From contig JAUCBJ010000787.1 of the NCBI GenBank assembly GCA_032718475.1, positions 1 through 32,599 of the forward strand: a stretch of DNA of 32,599 bases, written 5' to 3'. Shown in pieces: positions 10,001-20,600 of this stretch (its first letter is position 1; every line of letters starts with the position of its first letter). This stretch comes from Nemertoderma westbladi (Eukaryota; Animalia; Xenacoelomorpha). The notes under the pieces were generated by a model. That model did no database searches. It was not told the DNA's origin and saw only the letters and a list, made by a program, of their open reading frames with translations. The translations under genes and the position numbers were made by a program.

Positions 10001-11115
10001 CAAAGGAGCATTAGGTCCAAAAGAGCATTTTTAGTCCCAAAGAGCGTTAGGTCCCAAAGGAGCCTTAGGTCCAAAAGAGCGTTTTAGGTCCCAAAGATTG
10101 TTAGACCCCAAAGAGCATTAGGTCCCAAAGGAGCATTAGGTCTGAAAGAGCATTTTAGGTCCCAAAGAGCATTAGGTCCCAAAGAGCGTCAGGCCTCAAA
10201 AACATTTTTGCCCCTAAGAGCATTAGGCCCCAAAGAACGTTAGGCCCCTAAGAGCATTAGGTTCCAAAGGAGCATCAGGTCTGAAAGAGCATTTTAGGTC
10301 ACAAAGAGCATTAGATCCCAAAGAGCATTAGGCCCCAAAGAGTGTTAGGCCCCTAAGAGCGTTAGGTCCCAAAGGAGTGTTAGGTCCGAAAGAGCGTTTT
10401 AGGTCCCAAAGAGCATTAGGCCCAAAGACCATTAGGTGCCAAAGAGCATTAGCTCCCAAAGAGCGTTAGGCCCCAAAGACCGTTAGGTCCCAAAGAACAT
10501 TAGGACCCAAAGATAGTTATGCCCCAAAGAGCGTTAGGTCCCAAAGGAGCATTAGGTCCGAAAGAGCGTTTTAGGTCCTAAAGAGCATTAGGTCCCAAAG
10601 AGCATTAGGCCCCAAAGAGCATTAGGTCCCAAAGAGCATTTTAGGTCCCAAAGAGCGTTAGGCCCCAAAGATAGTTAGGCCCCAAAGAGTGTTAGGTCCT
10701 AAAGGAGCGTTAGGTCCGAAAGCGCATTTTAGGTCCCAAAGAGCATTAGGTCCCAAAGAGCATTAGGCCCCAAAGAGTGTTAGGTCACAAAGAGCATTAG
10801 GCCCCACAGGGCGTTAGGACCCAAAGAGTGTTTTAGGTCCCAAGGAGCGTTAGGTCCCAAAGAGCATTAGGATCCAAAGATAGTTAGGCCCCAAAGAGCA
10901 TTAGCTCACAAAGGAGCGTTAGGTCCGAAAGAGCATTTTAGGTCCCAAAGAGCGTTAGGTCCCAAAGAGTGTTAGGTCCCAAAGGAGCGTTAGGTCCCAA
11001 AGGAGTGTTAGGTCCCAACAGAGCATTAGGTCCCAAAGGAGCATTAGGTCCCAAAGGAGTGTTAGGTCCCAAAGAGCATTAGGTCACAAACAGTTTAGGT
11101 CCCAAAGAGCATTAG
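7056..11115. repeat. Satellite array, 17/18-bp monomer TTAGGTCCCAAAG(G)AGCA, roughly 230 copies, with a 1048-bp higher-order duplication
   Basis: Monomer is read directly. Rare variants recur at a 1048-bp offset (ATCAGG at 7671 and 8719; GCATTCCCAAAGAGCTTAGG at 8651 and 9699). Confidence 0.97.
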
Positions 11116-11138
11116 TAAATATTAGTAAATATTAGTAA

Positions 11139-12012
11139 AGTAAATATTAGTAGACTTATTATCAACCTACTATCCTAGAGCCAAAGTAAATATTAGTAGA
11201 GTTATTATCAACCTACTATCCTAGAGCCGAAGTAAATATTAGTAGAGTTATTATCAACCTACTATCCTAGAGCCTAAGTAAATATTAGTAGAGTTATTAT
11301 CAACCTACTATCCTAGAGCCTAAGTCAATATTAGTAGACTTATTATCAACCTACTATCCTAGAGCCTAAGTAAATATTAGTAGAGTTATTATCAACCTAC
11401 TATCCTAGAGCCTAAGTAAATATTAGTAGAGTTATTATCAACCTACTATCCTAGAGCTGAAGTAAATATTAGTAGAGTTATTATCAACCTACTATCCTAG
11501 AGCTGAAGTAAATATTAGTAGACTTATTATCAACCTACTATCCTAGAGCCTAAGTAAATATTAGTAGAGTTATTATCAACCTACTATCCTAGAGCCTAAG
11601 TAAATATTAGTAGAGTTATTATCAACCTACTATCCTAGAGCTGAAGTAAATATTAGTAGAGTTATTATCAACCTACTATCCTAGAGCCTAAGTAAATATT
11701 AGTAGAGTTATTATCAACCTACTATCCTAGAGCCTAAGTAAATATTAGTAGAGTTATTATCAACCTACTATCCTAGAGCCTAAGTAAATATTAGTAGAGA
11801 TATTATCAACCTACTATCCTAGAGCCTAAGTAAATATTAGTAGAGTTATTATCAACCTACTATCCTAGAGCCTAAGTAAATATTAGTAGAGTTATTATCA
11901 ACCTACTATCCTAGAGCCTAAGTAAATATTAGTAGAGTTATTATCAACCTACTATCCTAGAGCCTAAGTAAATATTAGTAGAGTTATTATCAACCTACTA
12001 TCCTAGAGCCTA
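11139..12012. repeat. 46-bp minisatellite x19 (AGTAAATATTAGTAGAGTTATTATCAACCTACTATCCTAGAGCCTA)
   Basis: Head-to-tail copies at 11139, 11185, 11231 and onward to 12012; near-identical, no spacers. Confidence 0.97.
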
Positions 12013-12149
12013 AATGTTCATGCTCTTTCACATGAAACCATCGAAATGTCAAAAAAAACAAGCGCGAAATCGCGCAAAGGTCTGCGTCTACTAACGCATG
12101 AACTGTCTCCTTGAATGGCTAACTACCAATCTTACTACAAAAAAATTTA

Positions 12150-12220
12150 CCGGAAAGTGGGATTGAACTCGGTACCTAGAGATTCTAAGTCCAACGCTCT
12201 AGTAACTTCGCTACTGCGAC
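12150..12220 (-). pseudogene. tRNA-derived sequence (SINE head or tRNA pseudogene)
   Basis: Minus strand GCAGTAGCGAAGTTACTAGAGCGTTGGACTTAGAATCTCTAGGTACCGAGTTCAATCCCACTTTCCGG has an A-box-like motif, an anticodon-arm-like segment and B-box GAGTTCAATCC, followed by a T7 run. The acceptor stem does not pair. Confidence 0.65.
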
Positions 12221-12624
12221 GTACGCAGCCTTAAAAAACGAAGACCTCACACTAAGACCTTGTACTCTCAATTAATTAAACCAGACAGTAATCGTCCATT
12301 GAAAAACACAAATCGCAATAATTTAACAAATCAAAAACTAATTATCGCGCCCTGCATCTCATCAATATGAACACGTGTGCCTTCATGTAGCAAAAGCTGC
12401 AAGCCATCTTAGTGAACACTTACAACTATACTATTGCTAGTTTAATTCAATTCCTCAAACAACAGCTAAAAACAGTCGCTGTGCAACATCAATTTTGCAG
12501 AGTAAAGCAAGGGGGGTGGCAGGCTGCCTCTGACGACAAGTAAAGCTATAAATACTACTATAAATAAGAGTTTATTGTGTTCAAGGAACAGGCAGTTAAT
12601 GGCTTCCGATACACACACTGATAC

Positions 12625-13156
12625 GCCATTGGTATAGCTTCTGTGACCAATTTTGTAATTTAAAAATTACGAAAATAAACTTTTTGCAGAACATATTAAT
12701 GACCAAAAATATTGATGATATTATAACAGCTTACAGTGTACAGTACCTATATTAATTTTTTTTATTTTGTATACAATTTCAAAAAATACTAGCGAGCAAA
12801 AAAACACCAGCAACCATAAAACAATATCTACTAAGGTTCTAGAACATTCACCAATATCAAAAAAACACTCAAATACAATATTACTATTTTTTTATTGTTT
12901 TTTATTTTCAAAAATACTAGCTAGTAAAAAAACACTAGCTACCATTAAAAAATATCTACTAAGGTTCTAGAACATTCACCAATAAAAAAAACAATGAAAT
13001 TACAAAAAAAAGAAATTTTCAAAAATGGTCACACAAGCTATGTAAGGTACTATTATATTTGAGTGGTGGAACATTGTATGTTGACTTTTTGAATGTTAAT
13101 TAAGCGAGTTAATTAAGCTTATTAAGCTCAAGTACCTTACAAGCTATACCAGTGCC
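12625..13156. mobile_element. MITE-like non-autonomous element with about 30-bp terminal inverted repeats and an internal 128-bp-offset duplication
   Basis: Left TIR CATTGGTATAGCTTCTGTGACCAATTTTG (12627-12655). Right TIR CAAAAATGGTCACACAAGCTA...TACCAGTG (13020-13154) is split by an insertion. Internal repeat AATATCTACTAAGGTTCTAGAACATTCACCAATA occurs at about 12823 and 12951. Confidence 0.7.
13041..13141. mobile_element. 101-bp insertion with TG...CA ends, 11-bp perfect TIRs and a 5-bp target-site duplication
   Basis: TGTAAGGTACT...AGTACCTTACA flanked by AGCTA at 13036-13040 and 13142-13146. Removing it restores the host TIR. Confidence 0.85.
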
Positions 13157-13410
13157 CACAGACTTTTATAAAACTGCCATAGCATAATTATAACAGTTCG
13201 GAGATGGCTCGCAGTTTTGACTAGCCCCACAACCAACTGCATTAATATTGATATTGATGTTTCACCATTGCGATAAAACAAGTTTTTTTCGCCTTTTATG
13301 TAGGACGCCCCACTGAGAATGTAGCGAAGCTCACTGTTGCACACTGCAGCTGCATCAGTAGGTATAATCGGATTAATACGTAAGTGATTTAATATGTAGA
13401 AAGGGAGGCG

Positions 13411-13660
13411 GGGTAGCGTAGCTTAATTGGTTAACCGCAAGGCCTGCAATCAATAATTGGTTGTGGGTTCGATCCCTACCATGGTCCACCCACCCTTAAT
13501 CCTTGCCTAGTATCCAGAAATGGAAAATAAAAACAAATTTCCTCTGTGGAGTAATCCTAGGGGGTGGGCTCTGTAAATAAGTCGTAAGAAAGTGGCAATT
13601 TTATGCGATAAATTTATTGTTTCACTTTCTGTTATGTTTCATATTAAATTGATTTGAAAA
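13411..13660 (+). mobile_element. tRNA-derived SINE
   Basis: A box TAGCTTAATTGG (13419-13430) and B box GGTTCGATCCC (13466-13476), non-pairing acceptor stem, about 170-bp body ending in ATTAAATTGATTTGAAA. The 3' end is approximate. Confidence 0.7.
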
Positions 13661-13979
13661 CCCTATATAGCATTGGAGAACTCCTTGTCTTTCTCTTGAG
13701 TAGTACCGCTTCCGCTTTGCATGACATTCGCCGTAATGGCCAGCTTCAGCACAATCTTGTGTATTATCGGCCTCATGAAGATATTAGGCATGGAATGCTC
13801 ATGAGTTTCATGACACGCCGTTTAAAGTACACTGGTCTTGAAATTGCGGATGATTCGCAAAATTCACGGGTGATATGGAGTTATGGCGGAGCAATTTTGT
13901 CGATAAGCCGGCATAACATGCTTAATGCAGCAACACACATTTCTAAGCACTATATGTAGAACCCATGTACTGTTATGTA

Positions 13980-13985
13980 TTTATT
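13980..13985 (-). terminator. Candidate polyadenylation signal (AATAAA) of the dynein gene
   Basis: First minus-strand AATAAA I found downstream of the stop codon, about 650 nt away. Confidence 0.4.
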
Positions 13986-14633
13986 GTTACGCTGGTCGAA
14001 GTATTTTTATATGATAAATTGTCTTCTGTTCTTACTTAATCATTCTCCAAGTTAATTAAAATATTTGAGATAACCAGAAAAATATATTTAAATAGACATG
14101 AAAACAATATAAAAATATTATTAGCAATAAAAACACTAGTATTTACAAAACATGACATATTTACATGCACCCTCTTTCACAAAACGACTTTATCAACATA
14201 TTTTAGGAATACGAAACATTCGTAAAAACATAAACCAACCGTAGCCATACTGTCTGGGGTTACACGTTTGGTTAGCTAAATTATTTCGATTATTTAAAAA
14301 CAAGCAATATTATTTACATCAATTTAAAAACTTTACCAGACACAGTTGCCAAACAGTAAAAAGTACTCAATTAATAACGAAATTTACTATTTACAGAAAG
14401 CAACTAAAATTGATTCCTCACTTTTGACAAAGTACATATTTGGTATAATCAACAGAGTCAACCCCGACAATAACAGACGTGAATACGTCTTTTATGAACA
14501 AGTTGTAAAGTGGTTTTGGCGATAAATAACACACTTCTACTGTAGCTAATATAGCTAACATACCATTAAATAGTGTCCCAAGTAATTGGCAATACTGTAG
14601 CTAAATGTAACAGTTGATAGGCCTAAGCAATAG

Positions 14634-17600
14634 TTATTCCGCCTGACTGAGGAGTAGAGCTGTTCCTCGTTTCACCCAGTGGGTCGCTGGCATACTTCCA
14701 GATTTCAGCTCCACGCACTCCACGAACGAGGGTCTACCTGGCGTCCCAGAACGATTTGGATAGGCGTAAGTGGGACATATGTACAGTCCCTTTGTCTTTG
14801 TTTTCTTGTTTTCCACCGGCTTGAAATGAATAGAAGGCATCCGACATTGGAGCTGCATCGGTTCAGCTTCTATTAAACAGGAATTCTTCTTATCCCATCC
14901 CGCTCCCTCCAGAAACATACCTTTTATTAAAACCCCGTCCTTGGGGGGCCCAGTCACATTTGTATCATCGATGGTGAGCACAGAAAACTCCCAGGAGAGA
15001 GTATCAACTGATACATTATTCTGTCGAGCCGCTACTTGGGACACCGCTGTGAGGAAACCGGTGGGAAAGGTGAATCCACTCAACCAGAATATGATAGGGG
15101 GATGAGCAGTGGAACTCCATTTTTCCAACTGTTCTATTCGCATTACCAAATCTCGCACCCACGCTGCCAGTGGCTTGATGGAAGGGTAGGCCTTCCGCCA
15201 TAATGGTGGTACTTGTGCCTCTAAAATACACGTAAATGTTTCTTCCAAATCTGAAGACATGACAACTAAACCTTTAATGCCCTTGTCCAAATCGAGCAAC
15301 GATTTCCGGATAAGATTGAGTAAGTAATTGTAACGTTCAATCTCTTGTAACAGGACCACATTGAGAGGTGAGGGGTCATCCTTCATTATTTTCGCAGTCT
15401 GCCCATAATCCAAATCTTCAGGTACCTGTTTTAGAACGTTAGCGGAGAGCTCTAGTACCTTTGATTCGTTAGATTGGGCTCCCACCGTTGCAACCTGCGA
15501 TCCAAGTGACAGCAGAGTATCAAACAAAAGCTTCGTTTCAGCCTTTTGAGAGGAGATGTCAGCATTCGGGTGTTGTCCAAATACTTCTGGATGGTCCAAG
15601 TTTGGCAATGTCGATATATATTCTTTGTAAGATCGCAAACTGCCATCTCTAGGAATGTAATATGTGGGAAGAATAGAAAGCTTATAAAACGGTGTTTCTA
15701 GCACATCCTCATGGAAACAATCATTAATATAAGTCGTTAGTACTCGTCTATCATAATCGTCAGTGACGTGGCCACCATAATTAACTAATGCCACAAGGTA
15801 TTTGAGTGCATCCCAGGGTGTGTCATCGTATTCATCTAAGTAAAGGCTCAATAGGTGCTCACTGACTTCGAAATCAGAGTTGTTGAAACTGTAAAATACA
15901 TTCCACCCGAGTTGACCAAATTTTCGCCGCTCAATTAATATGGAATGGAAGAAGCAAAGACTGAATAACAAGCGCTGATATTTATCGTGCTTTCTTGTTC
16001 GCATAAACGATTGGTCAGTTACAGTATTGTACAACCGCTTCATGTTTGCCTTCACTCCACGTGGAGGCTCAGTGGTCATTTTTATTCCGGATTGGAGAAT
16101 GGCAATGGGAAAATCCGGATTTGGCGAGCTGCTTAGCCAAAGTCTGAAGTCTTTATGGGGCTCTTCCACTTGCAATTGTTCACAAAGTTTGTCTAATTGC
16201 GGCATCCATGACAAACTCAAATGACAATTTGCTAGGAATACCCAGTTTCCCTCTTTAATACCCTCTTTTATCATTCTTGTAGCGATTGGGGCTTGACCTT
16301 GTCCGAGAGATAGTGCCATTTGCGTCTGACCCATTCCATGTGCTAGGGCAGTTAGTGCTCCAGTGGGATCCACACCGGGGCTCAATACAAATATCAATGG
16401 TGTCTTACTTGATGAGTCGTCAAGGACAGCCTTCATATCCAACACTGGAGGCTCAACGAACCGTGTTCCTAAATTGTTTACAACGAAACTCATGGCCGCA
16501 AATGCAACCCGATCTGTTCTTAAGCAGCGCAAAATTACCATCTTTTGAAGTTCATTGCAAGAGTTTTCCCATTCCCCTGGCAATGGAGAAGTTTCCGGGT
16601 TGTCACTCATAAACCATATACTCCAATCTCGAGGATACTGCTCGAATGAAGTTATAATTCCATGGAAATTAGATAATTTTTCTAATTCTGATATGTTGTC
16701 CCAATCAGTTTCTGGCAACCAATTTGAACATGGGTTATCCATCTGTTCGTCCTTGTCCAAAACTATTCCACCAGTAAGAAAAAAAGTGAACTCTTCCATG
16801 TTAATTTTCCCAGCATTTTGTAATATCTTTACACACATATGGAAAGAAAACAACAGCTTGTGCTTCTCAAACAATCCACGACATGTGTAGCGGTAAACAG
16901 AATACGTATGCCAATCATTCAAGTTAGCAATTCTGTCTTCTAGTTTAGGACTCTTGTGTGACTTGTCAATACTTGTATTAAACAGGTCAATATAGGCATC
17001 TAAACTAAATTGATACATGGGATCGATTCTGCCCATGTCTATCAGTACAAAGAAGAGAATCGAAGCTCTTGTTGCACAAGGCCGATAACCTTCTCGTGCC
17101 GCATCTATTTTGGCTTCGGTTGTCTCACTCATTGCTAGCTGTTCAGTTACTTCCTGTGATGTTACCTTGGATGTTTGCAATGTGTTCACCAATTCTTCAT
17201 TTTCAAGTAAAGAACCTTCTGACTCATTTAGCAGTCGTAATATCTCATTCTCCAATTCTTTTAATTTCGTTTTCCCAGCAGCAATGTTTAATACCAATGA
17301 ATCTTTTTGTTCCTCTAACTCTGGCCTCTCTTTTCTCACAACGGTACCCAATAACTGGGCTTCGAGTCCTTGCTCCTTGACAGCAAAATTAACTATTGTC
17401 GTTTTTGCAGCGATTTCAGGTGTGTAATGAGGATTGCTGAGCTTCGTGGTAATGTAAAATTTAAAGTCTTGATTGTATTCTATTTCTTTATCACCAAGAC
17501 GGATCATATACCGTCCACCCAGTTTTATAAGAGATTTGTTTAATATTGGATTCAGACTTGGGTCAAGTTCCTCTTGGACGTTTTGTAACAAGACAGGATT

Positions 17601-20600
17601 TCCGAATTGTATAGAATTTTCAAGTGTACGCATATAATCATGCTGTTGTAAATCTATTGTCAAAAGTCCTCTCTTGCTTTCCATTTTTTTCACCCATTTC
17701 ACTGCTTGGCTTTGTGGGTCAACCATAAGAGGCCATCGGCGACCTCTGGTTACCATAACACCATTTTCTGTAGAAAACGTGTCGTTTGGAAGACCTTGAA
17801 TGTTCCACTGTCGGACAGTTGTTGGAATAGATAGGAAATTGGCAAAAGAAAATTCTGAGTCAGAAGGAATCAGAAGTTTTCTAATTTCTGGAAGCCATAT
17901 ATTATTAACAAGTTCTTCTCTGTAATTGGAAAGGAATGGACCAATGTAAGATAAAGATGCACTGGCAACCAAACAATCTCCAATGAGGTAACCTTTGCTT
18001 CCTTCAAGTTCTGCAACTGTAGATTCCCACCTATCTCTTTCACCAGCTAGACCACTAAGAAGCAGGGCAGCACGCTCCATTTGTATTTCCATCTTTTCAG
18101 CTTTAAGTCGCAATTCTTCCTTTTGTGCCAATTTTTCTTCATATTCATTTTTCAGCTTTTCTAATTGCGCATTCACCTCAGCTAACTTGCGTTGTTGTTC
18201 CGCCAGAGTCTTCTGTTTCTCAGCCAGCATAGCTTCTGCATGTTCCACCCTTTGTTTCTTTGGAAGAACAACTCGAAAAACTCTTCCATACACCTCCATT
18301 GCCCTAACCCACATGCATAATGATTTAGCTGCATTGGAAACTCTACCAACTGTATCTGGATAAAAGTCAGGTTGATTACAATATCCGGCAATTTTCTTCA
18401 ATGTTTTATCAGACATGTGATCTTTATCAAAATTAACAAGATTATCTATAAAATGCTGATCACCCAAGTCACGTTTTGCCTCAACCCATGTTGCCTCCCT
18501 TCCACGAAGTATCATAACTGCTTCCAATACTTTCTCTACAAGCTGCGGAGGTTTCACAAATGATTTTATTTCTGTTATATCCTTCTTGTTTAAAGACTTT
18601 AGTGCCTCCATGGCTTCCTCCAGGGCTGGCATAGCAACTTTGAGGTCTTCCAGTGCAGCATCTGCCATCTCCCTGCATTTGATTTCTTCTTCACCAATCT
18701 TTTCTGCTCGAACAGTGACTTGCTTTTGTTGTTCATCTGCATCTCTCTTTTGTTGCACAAGAACTACTAAATATTCCTCACATTGCTTCTGGAACTGTGC
18801 TACTTTGGTTTTCGCGATATCAAGGTCTACTCTCATAACCTCTACCTTTGTGCGAGTTTCATCAATTTTTTGAAGACCATTTGTTAACTTACTTATCTCA
18901 GCACCAATTTCTAAACTCTTTTCTGCTAATAATTCTTTATAGCCAGTAACCAGCTCCAAATAATTTGTAGGAGTAGTATAATTTCTACGCTTCAACTCAA
19001 TATACATTTTTTCACTCATTTTGGAGACACTTTGGTGCATAGTAACAAACACTGATGATATATTCGTCTTATTATCTTCTGAGCCTAGATCCATGTCAGC
19101 GAGGTACCTTTCAGCAACTTCCAATAAAGCATCTTTAGGCCACTCAGAGAAATAATCAATTGCTGCACAATTGACAAAAGCAGGATACATTCTTATTCTA
19201 TTCCTAAATGCTTCACCAACAGGGCTCATGCACAATATTACATGGAGATTACTTCGGACTCTTTCAATCAAAAACTTAAATACATTTTCAGGTGTGTCAT
19301 GTATGTCATGTTTTCTAACCTCCTCGCTAAGAGCATTGCGAACCTCTTCAAATTCATCCGATTTGTACAAATTCGGAATTTCGCCACTACTAAGTATATT
19401 ATTGATGTCTTCTAGGAATGAAACGTCAACAATTTGTGTATCATTAAACAGAAACACAGTTGGTTTGTTATCAACGCCAGCGAGTCTATATAGTCGTTTC
19501 AAGTCATCACGCCACTCTTGCTTCCTGTAATGTTTCGTAACCTCTATTTGAAAGGTGGTGTACTCAAGTATAGAAGCTGCTAGCCTTGACAATGATTGCC
19601 GCCCTGATCCTCCAATTCCAATCAGCATCATATTTCCTCTTGCCTGTCCAATAACTCTGACTATTCGACAAACATGTTCTATAGCATCCCTAAACATTAC
19701 AAGATCCATACCAACATAGCCAGGTGTCATATTGTAATCTTCAAGTGCGTTTTCAATGAATGTTTTTAATTCCTCTATATTTTGTAAATCTTCATAAACT
19801 TTACCATCTTTTGATAAAAATGAACCAAAAATAGGAGGCTGCTTTTGGTGGCAAATGTTATGAAATGTCTGCTCAAATAAAACTCCCAATTTATCACTAA
19901 GAATTATTACAAAATCGTCAAAATCAGTTTCATCATTAAGTCTATCAGCAAACACTCGGAAACATTCATGAATCCACAACCTTGTCAATGAAACTTTTGT
20001 ATCATGATAATCTTTACTGCAACGCATCAACCCTTGGAAAACTCGAGATATATCTCTAAGGTTAAATAAATAATGTATTTTGCTTGGAGTAGGGAAGTAG
20101 CGATTAACCACAGCATCATACATTTCTATTGTAGCTTGAAGCATTATGTCTCCTAAGGGCTTTAGATCCTCTTCGAAGTCTGACAATTTATGTGAAATCA
20201 TGCTTCCAAATATTCGCTTAATCTGACTTTCTGTTGGGAAGGTCATGTTTAATAAATTAAAACGACTTTGCAGTCTTTTAGAGATTACCATTCTACCACC
20301 ACCAGGAGGTCCCATTGCAGCAAGAATTTGCATATCACGAACAACTTTAGTTACTTGTTTTGCCCTATCATACCAAAAGCCATAGTCCATCCATTGTCGC
20401 ATCAACTCTAGTGGAGGTTGTGATCCAAACAAGTCTTTCATTGGCATATTGAAATCATCTAAATAAGTTACTAATTTTTTGCCTCCAATGGGAACATAAA
20501 CACCCTTTGTTCGCTTTTCAACCTTGCTTTCAATAATATCTTGAACATTATTACTGCTTGTTTGGGCAGAAAGATTGATAGTTAAGACACTGTATTGTGT

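Noticed and set aside
7056-11115. Telomeric TTAGG array
   Set aside because: TTAGG occurs once per 17/18-bp monomer and never as a tandem (TTAGG)n or (TTAGGG)n.
7056-12012. CRISPR array
   Set aside because: Head-to-tail repeats without unique spacers, no cas genes, eukaryotic context.
12150-13485. Functional tRNA genes at 12150-12220 and 13411-13485
   Set aside because: A and B boxes are present but the acceptor stems do not pair; treated as SINE-derived.
13654-13959. 101-aa plus-strand ORF
   Set aside because: TTG start, no recognisable domain, lies between a SINE tail and the dynein 3' end.
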